Positions 36,851-50,651 of a stretch of 63,958 nucleotides of DNA are shown here, piece by piece (positions within the stretch are counted from its first letter, which is position 1; the number at the start of each line of letters is the position of its first letter). The DNA is from Chiloscyllium plagiosum (taxonomy: Eukaryota): NCBI RefSeq assembly GCF_004010195.1, contig NC_057741.1:42634941-42698898 (forward strand), written 5' to 3'. The translations under genes and the position numbers were made by a program. The notes under the pieces were generated by a model, which was not told where the DNA came from, did not search any database, and worked only from the letters and a program-made list of their open reading frames with translations.

Positions 36851-38073
36851 ATAGATTAATTCAAGACTCGAGATTTTGATCTCTTTGGTTGAGTATTGAT
36901 TATCTGTGTCGTTACCAAAAGGACATCTGGAACCATTACATATATTCACATATTAAACTCATGATAGTAAAGTTATGTTTATGTCAGTAACTTCTCTGGT
37001 AACTTTAATTTAGTTCATAACTTAGCTCAGACTTCACAGCAAACAGAAAATAGCAGTTTATTCCATGTACTCATCCACAATGGTTTAAACAGAATTTTGA
37101 TTGGACTGGGTCAGAATTTGTTTTGTACCTTGTGAAATACTGACATGATTACTAATAAAGAATTTAAAACTGCTGTATGTTAGACAATAAATAGTTTTAA
37201 ATAATACTCTTGTGCTCTTTCTCTTGATTATTTGTTTTATTCCTTCTGATCAAATAGAAGAGAGTTTTGTTTTATGTTGCAGGCACAACTTGTGTGTGAC
37301 CTCCACCCAGTGCTTCACATGGAAGATTGGATTCAGTTCATCATTTGGTACTGTGCATGCGATGTACTTTTTTTGAAAATCAAAGCATGTCACAGTGTTC
37401 TCATAAAGCAAGAATTTCATTTACATAATTTATATATAAACCATATTATGTATACATTATTTAAACATTTTGTATATCTAAATTCTCAAGATCACAAACT
37501 AGTGTTTTTCAATATCACTTACTGTAATAAGCAGTGTCTAGCACTGGGTTAACTTAGTACTATCAACATGGTCTTCACCTGAACCATGCTGGGACCAGAG
37601 TGCTAGCGAATCGCATAACAACGGCTGTAAACAGGACTTTAAACTGAAGGGAGGGGGTTCAGTGAGAGGGGAACTTAGAAAGCCTGAATTGAAGAAGGAG
37701 GTAAGAGTGCAGAACTCAGAAGAAGTTATTAAAATCTCCAGCACAGACACAAATAGGACAGAGTGTATGGAAAGGGCTAACAATCAAACTTCACACACAT
37801 CAGATAAACGAATGTCAATGAGCAGAGGGACGGTTAATACAGGACCTAAGGTTTTATATGTGAATGCGTGCAGTATAAGGAATAAGGTAAATGAGCTTGT
37901 GGCGCAGATCGAAATTGGCAGGTATGATCAGTTGGGCGTCAAGGAGACGTGGCTGCAGAGGGATCAGGATTGGGAGCTGAATATTCAAGGATATACATCC
38001 TATTGAAAAGATAGGCAGGTGGGTAGAGGGGGGTGGGGTTGCCTTATTAGTAAGCAATGAAATTAAATCAATA

Positions 38074-39027
38074 CAGAGGAACCTCAATTATCTGAACGAG
38101 ATGGATGTGCACTATTTCATTCAAATAATTGATTATTCAGTTAATTGATTTCCTCTGAGTCTCGGAGTTTTCTGTAAAGTCTGCTCACCATTCAGGAGCA
38201 GCACACCGCGCATGAGCCTGACTGCCCCACAAACCTGCCCACCTCCCAAACCTGTCAACTCCCACCCACTGTTGAATCACTATTGCCCCCAACCCCCCCC
38301 ATCTGCCCCCCACCCCCGGGGCAGTCAGACTGCGGCTGCCTTTGTAGGGTAAATCTCCACATAGTGCACGCAAACCATTTTACTGCGACTTTTTGATAGG
38401 TTCCACCCTTGCCCTGTACAGGATAATGTTGGAGTTTATCTGGGGAAGTGATGGGGTGGTTGAGGGTTCACCCCTATGGAGAACTCGAGGCAAAGTGTGG
38501 GGAGAGAGAGAGGGCAGGAGGGTAGGAGGTCAGTCATTTGGAGACAATGCCTGGATTGTCCAGGACTGTTCTTGGCAGCATTTTAGAGAGCCGAGTTCGT
38601 TTTTAATCATTGTTCCTGTAGTGAAGGCTAGCACGAGGGGACATAGCTTTAAATTGAGGGATTATAAATATAGGACAGATGTCAGAAGTAGGTTCTTTAC
38701 TCAGAGAGTAGTAAGGGTGTGGAATGTCCAGCCTGCAACAGTACTGGACTCACCATCATTAAGGGCATTTAAATGGTCATTGGATAAACTTATGGCTGAT
38801 GATAGAATAGTGTAAGTCAGATGGGCTTTAGATTGGTTTCACAGGTTGGCGCAACATTGAGGGCCAAAGGGCCTGTACTGCGCTGTAATGTTCTATATAT
38901 ATTAAACAAAAGACGTGATCAGGGTTGAAACAGCTCTTTGATGTAATGTTTCTATCGGGACCTTGAGATTGCCTTCAGATAATCCGACATTAGGATAATT
39001 GGTATTTGGATAATCGAGGTTCCTCTG
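38074..39027. mobile_element. pogo/Tigger-like MITE inserted in the CR1, itself carrying a LINE 3' fragment (about 38610-38900)
   Basis: TIRs CAGAGGAACCTCAATTATC / GATAATCGAGGTTCCTCTG with a TA duplication at 38072-73 and 39028-29. Confidence 0.85.
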
Positions 39028-39172
39028 TAGGAAGAAACAAATTGGGTCAGATGGTGTCGAATTGAGGAATTGCAAAGATTAAAAAAAATTGTCGGAGTTA
39101 TGTACAGGCCTCCAAACAGTAGTCAGGAGTTGGGGCGCAAGATATATTAGGAGATAGAAAAGATGTGTAGGT

Positions 39173-39298
39173 GGTATCTGATGAAGGAGCGACGCTCCGA
39201 AAGCTAGTGTGCTTCCAATTAAACCTGTTGGACTATAACCTGGTGTTGTGTGATTTTTAACTTTGTACACCCCAGTCCAACACCGGCATCTCCAAATC
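39173..39298 (+). mobile_element. Short Penelope-derived terminus (family B) with hammerhead core at 39178-39206
   Basis: CTGATGA-A-GGAGC-GAC-GCTCC-GAAAGCTA followed by the family B body. Confidence 0.8.
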
Positions 39299-42044
39299 AG
39301 TAAAGGCAAAGTTAGAGTGATCATGGGGGATTTTAATATGTGGGTGGACTGGGAAAATCAGGTTGGTAGTGGATTGCAACCAAAGGAATTCAGTGAATGT
39401 CTCCAAGATGGCTTTTTTAAATAGCTTGTGGTGGAACCCACTAGCGAACAGACAATACTGGATTTAGTGTTGCAATGAGGTAGGCTTGATAAGGAACTTA
39501 AAGTGAAGGACCCCTTAGGAGGTATCTGATGAAGGAGTTATCATAATATGATTGAATTTACTCTGCAATTTGAGAGGGAAAAGATAGAATCAGAGGTAAC
39601 GGTATTACAGCTGAATAAAGACATTGATAGAGGCATGAGGGAGAAGCTGGGTAGAATTGACTGGGAGAGGAACCCAGCAGTGGAACAGCAATGGCAGGGG
39701 TTTCTGGGAGTAATTCAAGAGATAGAGCATAGATTCATTGTAAGGGGAAAAAACATGGTACTGGGAGGGTGAGGCAACCATGGCTGACAAAGGAAGTCAG
39801 AGACAGCATAAAAGCAAAAGCGAAAGTAGAAAATGTAGCGAAGGACAGTGGGAAACCAGAGGATTGGGAAGCTTACAAAGACCAACAGAGGGCAACAAAA
39901 AAAGAAATGAGGAGGGAGAAGATTAAATATAAGGGTAAGCTAGCAATAATATGAAGGAAGACTGTAAGAGTTTCTTTAGAAATATAATGGGCAAAAGAGA
40001 AGTAAAATTGGACAGTGGGCCACTGGAAAGTGACACTGGAGAGGTAGTCGTGGGTAACAAGGAACTAGGTTAGGAACTCAACAATTACCTTGCATCAGTC
40101 TTCATGGTGGAAGACATGAGTAATATCCCAAAAGTTCAGGAGAAAGGGGGCAGAGCTGAGTATGATGGCCATACCAAGGAGAAGGTACTAGAAAAACTGG
40201 CCTGAAAATGGATAAATCACCTGGGCCAGATGGACTACACCCGATGGATCTAAGGGAGATAGCTGAAGAGGTTTTAGTGGTGATATTTCAGGAATCGCTC
40301 AAGACAGGGAGAGTCCCAGAGGACTGGAAAATGGCTAACGTGAGACCCCTGTTTAAAAAGGGATTAAGGCAAAAGATAGAAAGTTACAGACTCATTTGCC
40401 CAACCTCAGTCATGAGTAAGTCCCTGGATTACGTTATGAAGGATGAGATTTCTGAATACTTGGAAGTGTATGGTAAAATAGGGCAAAGATTTAACCAGGG
40501 GTGGTCATGCCTAATAAATCTGCTAGAATTCTTTGAGGAAGTAATGAGCAGTTTAGACCAAGAACAGCCACTGGATGTTATCTACCTGGACTTCAAGAAG
40601 GCCTTTGACAAGGTGCTGCACAGGAGGTTACTGAGTAGGGTAAGGGCCCATGGTGTTAGAGGCAAGGTGTTAGCATGGATAGAAGCTTGGCTGTCTGGCA
40701 CAAAGTAGAGAGTGGAGATAAAAGGGTCCTTCTCAGGATGGCAGCTGGTGGCAAGTGGTGTTCCACAAGGCTCAGTGTTCAGACCACAACTTTTCACTTT
40801 TTACTTTAACAATCTAGATCAAGGAACTGAGAGCATTCTGGTTAGGCTTGCGGATGATACGAAGATAGGTACAGGGCCAGGAGGCTGCAGAAGTATTAGG
40901 ATATGTTAGGAGAGTGGGCAAAGAAGTGGCAGATAGAGTACAATGTGGGAAAGTGTGAGGTCATGTACTTTGGTAGGAAGAATAGAGTCATAGACTATTT
41001 TCTAAATGGGGTGAAAATTCAGCAGTCTTATGTGCCAAGAAACTTGGACGTTCTAGTTCAGAATATTCTCAAAGTAAACTTGCAGGTTGAGTTGTAGGAA
41101 GGCAAATGCAATAATGCCATTTGTTTTGAGAGGACTTGAATATAAAAGCAGGAATGTACTTCTGAGGCTCTATAAGGCTCAGGTCAGACCACACTTGGAG
41201 TATGGTGTGCAGTTTTGGGCTCCATATCTCATGAAGGATGTACTGGCCCTGGAGTGTGTTCGGAGGTGGTTCACAAAACTGGTCCAAGGTATGAAAAGCT
41301 TAAGATATGAAGAACATTTCAGGACTCTGGGTCTACACACAATGGAGTTTAGAAAGATGATGGGGGATCTGATTGAAACTTACAGAATACTGAATGGCCT
41401 GGAGTGAATGGATGTTGGGAAGATGTTTCTATTGCTGGAGAGACCAGGACCAAAGGGTATATCCTTAGAATAAAGGGAAGACCTTTAGAACAGAGATAAT
41501 GAGAAACTTCTTCAGCCAGAGAGTGGTGAATCAATGGAATTTATTGCCACAGAACGCTGTGGAGGCCAGGTCATTGAGTATATTTAAGATTGAGATAGAT
41601 AGGTTCTTGAGTATCAAGGGGATGAAGGGTTACGGGGAGAAAGTGAGAGAATGGGATTGTGAAACCTATCAGGACTGCAGATGCTGGAGATCAAAGTTGA
41701 AGAGTGGTGCTGGAAAAGCACAGCTGCTGCCAACGCTAAACCCTAACCACCTGGAGGAAGAAAGCCTCATCTTCCACCTTGGAACCCTCCAACCACACAG
41801 GATCAGTGTAGATTTCACCAGTTTCCCCATTTCCCTCCCCCCACCTTATCCCAGTCCCAACCTTCCAACTTGGCCCTCTTGAACAGTCCTATCTGTGCAT
41901 CATCCTTCCCACCTATCTGCTCCACCCTCCTCTCCGGCCTACTACTTTCACCTACCTATCATATTCTCAGCTACCTTCCCTGCTGCAACGTCAGTCCCCT
42001 CCTATTTGTCTCTCAGACCCCAGCCCACAAGCCTCATTCCTGAT

Positions 42045-43360
42045 AGAGTCATAGAGATGTATAGCATGGAAACAGACCCTTCGGTCCAACCTGTCCATGC
42101 CAACCAGATATCCAAACCCAGCACCTGGCCCACATCCCTCCAAAACCTTCCTATTCATATACCCATCCAAATGCCTCTTAACTGTTGCAATTGTACCAGC
42201 CTCCAACACATCCTCTGGCAGCTCATTCCATACACATACCACCCTCTCGTGAAAACGTTGCCCCTTAGGTTTCTTTTATATCTTTCCCCTCTCACCCTAA
42301 ATCTATGCCCTCTAGTTCTAGACTCCCCAACCTCCCAAACTTTGTCTATTTACCCTATCCATGCCCCTCATAATTTTGTAAACCTCTATAAGGTCACCCC
42401 TCAGCCTCCGACGCTCCAGGGAAAACAGCCACAGCCTGTTCAGCCTCTCCCTATAGTTCAATTCCTCCAAACCTGGCAACATCCTTCTAAATCTTTTCTG
42501 AACCCTTTCAAGTTTCACAACATGGGCGGCACGGTGGCACAGTGGTTAGCACTGCTGCCTCACAGCGCCAGAGACCCGAGTTCAATTCCCGCCTCAGGCG
42601 ACTGACTGTGTGGAGTTTGCACGTTCTCCCCGTGTCTGCGTGGGTTTCCTCCGGGTGCTCCGNNNNNNNNNNNNNNNNNNNNNNNNNNNNNNNNNNNNNN
42701 NNNNNNNNNNNNNNNNNNNNNNNNNNNNNNNNNNNNNNNNNNNNNNNNNNNNNNNNNNNNNNNNNNNNNNNNNNNNNNNNNNNNNNNNNNNNNNNNNNNN
42801 NNNNNNNNNNNNNNNNNNNNNNNNNNNNNNNNNNNNNNNNNNNNNNNNNNNNNNNNNNNNNNNNNNNNNNNNNNNNNNNATTAAACTCCATCTGTCACTT
42901 TTCAGCCCATTGGCCCATCTGGTCCAGATCCTGTTGTAATCTGAGGTAACCCTCTTCGCTGTCCACTACACCTCCAATTTTGGTGTCATCTGCAAACCTA
43001 CTAACAATACCTCTTATGCTCACGTCCAAATCATTTATATAAATGACAAAAAGTAGTGGACCCAGCATCGATCCTTGTGGCACTCCACTGGTCGCAGGCC
43101 TCCAGTCTGAAAAACAAGCCTCCACCACCACCCTCTGTCTTCTACCTTTGAGCCAGTTCTGTATCCAAATGGCTAGTTCTCCCTTTATTCCATGAGATCT
43201 AACCTTGCTAATGAGTCTCCCATGGGAACCTTGTCAAATGCCTTACTGAAGTCCATATAGATCACATCTACTGCTCTGCCCTCATCAATCCTCTTTGTTA
43301 CTTCTTCAAAAAACTCAATCAAGTTTGTGAGACATGATTTCCCACACACAAAGCCATGTT
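42045..43360 (-). mobile_element. HER1/CR1 LINE with an HE1 SINE inserted at 42525 and an N gap (42663-42879)
   Basis: Reverse-complement match to 30798-32038 (SGVPQGSMLGPLLF...FADDTKIG). Confidence 0.9.
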
Positions 43361-43989
43361 GAAGGGCCTTTGCCCGAAATGTCGATTATCCTGCTCCTTG
43401 GATGCTGCCTGATCTGCTGTGCTTTTCTAGCACCACACTCTCTACTCTAATCTCCAGCATCTTCAGTCTTCACTTTAGCCCTGAGAAACATGTCAACCAT
43501 GATTGAATGATAAGACTCGATAGGCTGAATGGCCTAATTCATGCTATTATGGCTTATGGTTTTATTCTATACTGTAGTGTGCTAAGGACACAACACCTTT
43601 AGAAGTATTTATGACATCATATGGAAAATATAGAATTGTTAACAATTTCTGGATACAAATACTATGTTAGAAATCAGTATAAAATTGTTGCTCCCTCATG
43701 ATGGTGCATTTACAGCTAATGGAAATATTATCAGACTTCTCCTTCAGAACTAGAAGATTATGTCACCTGATTATAGTTTTTATAGCACATAACTAGGCCC
43801 TTTAGCACAATGTTCATCAAACAGCCATCTATTCTTCAGCAAAGACCATTCCCTCTGGGACACAGTGATTCACTCCCAAACCCTCCCACAGCACCTTTCC
43901 TTGCAACCACAGAAAGTGTTAAACCTAACTGTTTATTTCCTCACTCCTCAGTATCCAAGAGCCCAAACATCTTTTAGGTAAAGTAGTGC

Positions 43990-45295
43990 TTTATAAATGG
44001 GAGGGAGCTGGGGCTGGAGGGAAGGTAGCTGAGAGTGCAATAGGTGAATGGAGGTGGGGGTGAGGGTGATAGGTCGGGGAGGAGAGTGGAGCGGATATGG
44101 GAAGGAAGATTAACAGGTGAGACAGGTCATGAGGACGGTGCTCAACTGGAAGGTTAGAACAGGGGTAAGGTGAGGGGAGGGGAAATGAGAAAACTGATGA
44201 AGTCCACATTGATGCCATTGGTTGAATGGCAGAAGATGAGGCGTTCTTCCTCCAGGCATCGTGAGGTAAGGGAATGACAATGGAGGAGGCCCAGGACCTG
44301 CATGTCCTCGGCAGAGTGGGAAGGGGGAGTTGAAATGTTCAGTCGCAGGGCGGTGGGGCTGATTGGTGCAGGTGTCTCGGAGGTGTTCTCTGAAGCTCTC
44401 TGCAAGTAGACGTCCAGTCTCCCCGATGTAGAGGAGACTGCATCAGAAGCAACGAATACAGTAAATGACGCGTGGAAGTGCAGGTGAAACTTTGATGGAT
44501 GTGGAAGGCTCCTTTGGGGCCTTGGACGGAGGTGAGGGAGGAGGTGTGTGTGCAAGTTTTGCAATTCCTGCAGTGGTAGAGGAAGGTGCCAGGAGGGGAG
44601 AGTGGGTTGTTAAGGGGCATGGACCTGACCAGGTAGCCGCAGAGGGAACGGTCTTTATGGAAAGTGGATAGGGGTGGGGAGGGAAATATATCTGGTGGTG
44701 GGATCCGTTTGTATGTAGTGGAAATGGCAAAGGATGATACAATGTGTACGGAGGTTGGTGGGGTGGAAGGTGAGGATCAGGCGGGATTCTGTCCTTGTTG
44801 TGGTTGGAGGATTGGGGTTCGAGGGCGGAGGTGCGGACTGTGGATGAGATATGTTGGAGGGCATCATCAACCATGTGGGAGGAGAAATTGCAGTCTTGAA
44901 ACAAGGAGGCCATCTGGTATGCTCTGTGGTAGAACTGGTCCTCCTGGGAGCGGCGGAGGCTGAGAAGTTGGGAATAAGGGATAGCATTTTTGCAGGAAGC
45001 AGGGTGGGAGGAGGTGTAATCCAGGTAGCTGTGGGAGTCAGTGGGTTTGTAGAAATTGTCAGTGCTGAGTTGGTCACCGTTGATAGAGATGGAGAGGTCC
45101 AGGAAGGGGAGAGAGGTGTCAGAGATGGTCCAGGTGAATTTAAGGTCAGGATGAAATGTGTTGGTAAAGTTGATGAACTGTTCAACCTCCCCGTGAGAGC
45201 ACGCAGCAGTGCCAATGAGTCATCAATGTAGTGGATGAAATGGAGCCGACAAAGAGACAGGCCTAGCTAGGGCCCATGTAGGTGCCCATGGCTAC
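43990..45295 (-). mobile_element. Penelope-like element (Neptune type), RT C-terminus to GIY-YIG
   Basis: Frameshifted homology to 35660-36850 and 46360-46735. Confidence 0.88.
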
Positions 45296-45299
45296 CCTG

Positions 45300-46850
45300 C
45301 CCTGCTGAGTTTTCACTATGCCCCCAGATTTCCCCCTCACTGAGGATGAACGATCAGTCCTCAGCGAAAGCCCTTACCTTCACCCCCTCCATCCACGCAT
45401 CAATGAATTCAATACGCGTTGTGACATCGAACACTTCTTATACCGCCTCAGCCTCCGAGCTTACTTTTTCAATCAAGACTCCCGCCCACCTTCTGAAGAC
45501 CCTTCTCCGACCTCCAACACGCCCCATCCACCTGGACACCCCATGCCGGTCTGTTACCCGCCCTCGACATCTTTATTTCCAACTGCCGCCAAGACATTGG
45601 CCACATCTACCTGTCTACTCCCCTCCCCCACTCCAACCTCTCACCATCACAACACGCAGCCTTCCACTCCCTCTGCTCCAATCCCAACCTCACCATCAAA
45701 CCAGCGACAAGGGGGGGTGCAGTGGTAGTGGAGGGCTGCATGTTGTGATGGTGAGAGGTTGGAATGGGAGAGGGGAGTAGACAGATAGATACAGCTCTAC
45801 ACCGCTGAAGCCAGCTGCCAACTCGAAGACACCTCCTCCTACCATCCCCTTGACCATGACCTCACCTCCCCCATCACCAAAACATCATCTCCCAGACCAT
45901 ACACAATCTCATCACCTCAGGGGATCTCCCACCCACAGCTTCCAACCTCATTGTTTGGGAACCCCACACCGTCTGATTCTACCTCCTACCCAAGATCCAA
46001 GGCCGACCAATCATCTCAGTCTGCTCCTGCCCCACCAAATTCATCTCCACCTACCTCGATACTGTCCTATCCCCCTGGTCCAGGAACTCCCCGCATATGT
46101 TCGGGAGACCACCCATGTCCTCCACCTCCTCCAAGACTTCCGTTTCCTGGCCCCCAATGCCTCATCTTCAGCATGGACATCCAATCCCTCTCCACCTCCA
46201 CCCGCCATGACCAGGGCCTCCAAGCCCTCAGTTTCCTTCTCTCCCAACATTCCCACCAGTACACTTCCATTGACACTCTTATTCATTTGGCTGAACTGGT
46301 CCTCACACTCAACAATTTCTCCTTCGAATCCTCCCACTTCCTCCAGACAAAAGGGGTAGCTATGGGCACCCCTATGGGCCCCAGCTATGCCTGTCTCTTT
46401 GTCGGCAATGTGGAACAGTCTATCTTCTGGAGTTACACTGGCACCACTCCCCTCCTTTTCTTCCACTACATTGATGACTGCATCGGCGCCACCACGTGCT
46501 CTCACAAAGAGGTTGAACAGTTCATCAACTTCACCAACACATTCCACCCTGACCTTAAATTCACCTGGACCATCTCGGACACTTCTCTCCCTTGCTGGAC
46601 CTCTCCATCTCCATCAACAGTGACCAACTCAACACTCACATTTTGTACAAACCCACCGACTCCCGCAGCTACCTGGATTACACCTCCTCCCACCTGCCTC
46701 CTACAAAAATGCTATCCCTTATTCCCAATTCCTCCGAGGCTCCCAGCTTCATTCCTGATGAAGGGCTTTTGCCCAAAACATCGATTTTCCTGCTCCTCAG
46801 ATGCTGCCTAAACCTGCTGTGCTTTTCTAGCACCACTCTAATCTTGACTC
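45300..46850 (+). mobile_element. Penelope-like element, N-terminal and RT region plus terminus
   Basis: IFSMDIQSL...LTLNNFSFESSHFLQTKGVAMGTPMGPSYACLF...HYIDDC...FHPDLKFT (Penelope RT motifs). Confidence 0.92.
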
Positions 46851-48555
46851 TTTACTCAGTCTGGTCTACTGCATTCACTGCTCACAATGTGGTCTCCTCG
46901 ACATTCGGTAAACAGAGTGTATGCCAGATAACCACTTGGTAGAACACCTATGTTCTAAATGCAAAAAAGACCCCAAGCTTCCAGTTGCTTGCCTCTTCAA
47001 CACATTAACTTGTTCCCTGGCCAACATTTCTATCTCAGGCTTGCTGCAGTGCAGAACAGCACCTCATTTTCCACTTGGGAACAATATAGCCTTCTAGCCT
47101 CAATATCAAGTTCAACAGTTTTCGGGCTTGAGACACCTCCCATGTCCTTACCCCAAACCTCACACACCAGGCCTTGTTATCACATGGTCTGCTATTACAC
47201 ACAACTCATTGTGAGCTACTAAAAGTCCCCAATAGCATCCACTCCATTGTCTGTCCAACCGTTTCTCTTTGGGATCCTGTTCCACCCATTGTTTATTCCT
47301 TACCCCCATATCTTCTGCATGAAAAACAACTTTTTCCTAGGTGCCATTGGTTCTGAGAAAGAATCACTGAACTTGAAATGTTAACTCTACAGATGCTGTC
47401 AGACCTACAATGATTTCTCAGCAATTTTTTTTCTGATTTCCAGCATCCACAGTTCTTTCGGCTTTGTATCCTAATCTCATTTTCCGTTGCTTAGCTTATA
47501 GCTTGCATTTATGATGTTTCAAATATTCATATAGATTGTTTTTAAATACAGTCATATTGGCATATAACATAGAATCGTTGGTCCAACTTGTCTATGTCAA
47601 CCAGGTTTTCTAAACTGAACTAGTCCTATTTGCCTTTGTTTGTCCCATATTTTCTAAATCATTCCGATCCATGTACCTGTCCAAATATCTTTTAAATGTT
47701 GTAATTGAACTTGCCTCTCTGACATCCTCTACACATCACTCCCTGTGTGAAAAGGTTGCCCCCTCCATCCCTTTTAAATCTTTTTCATCTTAAACCTATG
47801 CCCTCTAGTTTTAGACTTAGTGAGTGGGAAATCATGCCTCCCAAATTTGTTAGAGTTCTTATGACCATGAAGGTTGACAAGGGAAGGGCAGTAGATATAG
47901 TCTATATGGATTTCAGTAAGGTCTTTGATAAGGTTCCACGTGGTAGGCTGCTCTGGAAGGCTAGATCCCATGGAATCCAGGGTGAGGTGACAAATTGGAT
48001 ACAAAATTAACTTGATGGTAAGAAACGGAGAGTATTAATGGAAGGATGCTTCTCAGACTGGAAGCCTATGATGAGTGGAGTGCCTCAGGGGTTAGTCCTG
48101 GATTGAGAAAGCTTTCTTGAACATATTTAGCAAATTCAGCCCCACCCAAACCCTTAAGACCAAGGCAGTCCCAGTCTACATTAGGAAAGTTAAAATCCTT
48201 TACTATTACAACCCTATTATTCTTTCAACAATTCCCCAACATATTTATTTCTCAATTTTCCAATGATTATTGGGCACTGTAGTACAAACCCAGCAAAACT
48301 TGCTCATTTCTCAGTTCCACTCATTTAATTTCATTGGATGATCCCCCAGGAATATTTTTGCTTAAGTACTGCTGTGATTTTTTTTTCCCCAATAAAAAAT
48401 GCCGCTCCTCCTCCTCTATTGCCTCTCCTTCTATCCTTTCTATGGCATCTATACCCTGGATCATTGAGCAACCAGTCCTTCCCTTCCTCAGCCATGTTTC
48501 TTTCATAATTATGATATCCCAATCCCATGTTCTTATCCATGCCCTGAATTCATCT

Positions 48556-48780
48556 TTTGGAGATGCCGGTGTTGGACTGGGGTGTACAAAGTTAAAAATC
48601 ACACAACGCCAGGTTATAGTCCAGATACCCTATAACCTGGCGTTGTGTGATTTTTGCTATAAATTCTGTGTTACGATCGAGCCCTCCACTACCACCTGTT
48701 GAAGGAGTGTCGCTCCGAAATCTAGTGTGTTTCCAATTAAACCTGTTGGACTATAACCTGGTGTTGTGTGACTTTTAACT
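48556..48780. mobile_element. Short palindromic Penelope-derived element (family B) with a 12-bp target-site duplication
   Basis: CTGAATTCATCT at 48544-48555 and 48781-48792; inverted terminal copies; degenerate hammerhead core. Confidence 0.8.
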
Positions 48781-49825
48781 CTGAATTCATCTGTCTTACT
48801 TGTTAAGCCTCTTGCATTGAAATAAATGCAGTTTAATTCATCGGTCTTCTCTCATTCTCTGCCGTGCTCTTGCCTACCTTGTCTATTTAACTTGCTATCT
48901 TTAACTTTTGTACTAGCCTCAACCTTCTGTCTTGTCTCACTATTCCTTAAGATCCTACCAACTTGCCAGACTGGTTTAAACCCTCCTGAGTAGGTATTGT
49001 AAATCTCCCTGCCAGGATATTCCTATTTCCACCACTTTTCCAGATACCCACCACCCTCTGGATGAAACAAAATGTACTCAAATCTCCTCTAAATTTCCTG
49101 CTCCTCACATTAAAACTGTGCCTGCTGGTTATAGATAATGCCCCCCCCATTAAGGGGAAACATTTCTTCCTATCTACCCTGCCTATACCCCTCAGAACTT
49201 TGTGTATCTCAATCGGATCTCAGTTCCAGCCTCCTTTGCTTTAAGGAAAATAAGCCCAGTGTAGTCTCTCTTCATAGGTGAATCCAGTCAATGTTCTGGT
49301 GAATTTCTTCTGCACCGTATCTAATGTGGCATCTAGAACTGCATATGGTACTCCACCTGTCACCAATGTTATATACAGCTTCACCTTAATCTCCTTACTC
49401 TTGTACACAATGCCTTGAATAATAAAAGCAAGTATCCCATTTACCACCTTACCCAACTTATCTACCCGTTCAACTGTCTTAAGGGTCTATAGATGTGCAC
49501 ACCAAGGTCCCGCTCCTATCTTTCAACATATACTCCTTTGCCTTGTTCATCTATCCTAAATGGATCACTTCACACTTTACAGAATTAAACTCCATTTACC
49601 ACTATCCATTTGTTCAGCCTATCAGACCAACTCATATATATCATTCAGCAGTTTAAGGCTTTTCTCCTTGGCATTTACCACATTTATTCAGAAGAGATAC
49701 ATCTCATCAAGCCAGCTAAAACTGTGAATACCTCTTCCCTCTCAATGCAAATTTGTTCAAGTACATCATAGTCACCCTCCCCATTTCTAGAATGATATTC
49801 ACTTTCTCTATAGGGTTGTAATAGT

Positions 49826-50138
49826 AGATTAGATTAGATTACTTACAGTGTGGAAACAGACCCTTCAGCCCAACAAGTCCACACCGACCCGCCGAAGCGC
49901 AACCCACCCAGACCCATTCCCCTATATTTACCCCTCCACCTAACACTATGGGCAATTTAGCATGGCCAATTCACCTAACCTGCACATTTTTGGACTTGTG
50001 GGAGGAAACCGGAGCACCCGAAGGAAACCCACGCAAACACGGGGAGAATGTGCAAACTCCACACAGAGAGTCGCCTGAGGCGGGAATTGAACCCGGGTCT
50101 CTGGCGCTGTGAGGCAATAGTGCTAGCCACCATACCAC
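49826..50138 (-). mobile_element. HE1-like V-SINE, full length
   Basis: Reverse of head/V-domain; (AGATT)n tail. Confidence 0.9.
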
Positions 50139-50651
50139 TCAACTTTCCTAATGTAGACTGGGACTGCCTTGGTCTTAAGGGTTTGAGTCATCTGTGAACT
50201 TGATGATCATACCTCATAAGCACATGAACTGCAGCAGTTTAACAAGGCAGCTCACAGGGATGGGCAATAAATGCTTGCCCAACCAACGATGTCCATGTCC
50301 CATGAGTGAATAAAAACAAAATGAATATCTAGATCCTTAATTTAAACTACAAACAGCAAAGGACCCAGCTCTAACTCCTATTGTGTGCCACTGGAGAGAA
50401 ACTCCAGTGACAAAAATACCCTTTGACCATCATATTCCTCTTCTTGCTACTAAGCCAACTTTTGATCCAATTTAATAAATTGCCCAGGATGCCATGCAAC
50501 TACACTGCCATGCAAGACCTTATCAAAAGCCTTACTGAAGTCCATGTAGACTACATCAACTACACTACCCTCATCTAGACACCTATTAAATTCCTCTCAA
50601 AATTTAATAAAATTTATTAGATATCACCATTACAAAACTATGCTGACTATG

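Larger units (their letters stand above)
37575..41670 (+). mobile_element. Long decayed CR1 LINE (end of ORF1, APE endonuclease and RT) with nested insertions
   Basis: YVNACSIRNK...KETWL, YRPPNS, MGDFN, KSPGPDGLHP, YLDFKKAFDKV, GVPQGS and ADDTKIG motifs in order. Confidence 0.9.
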
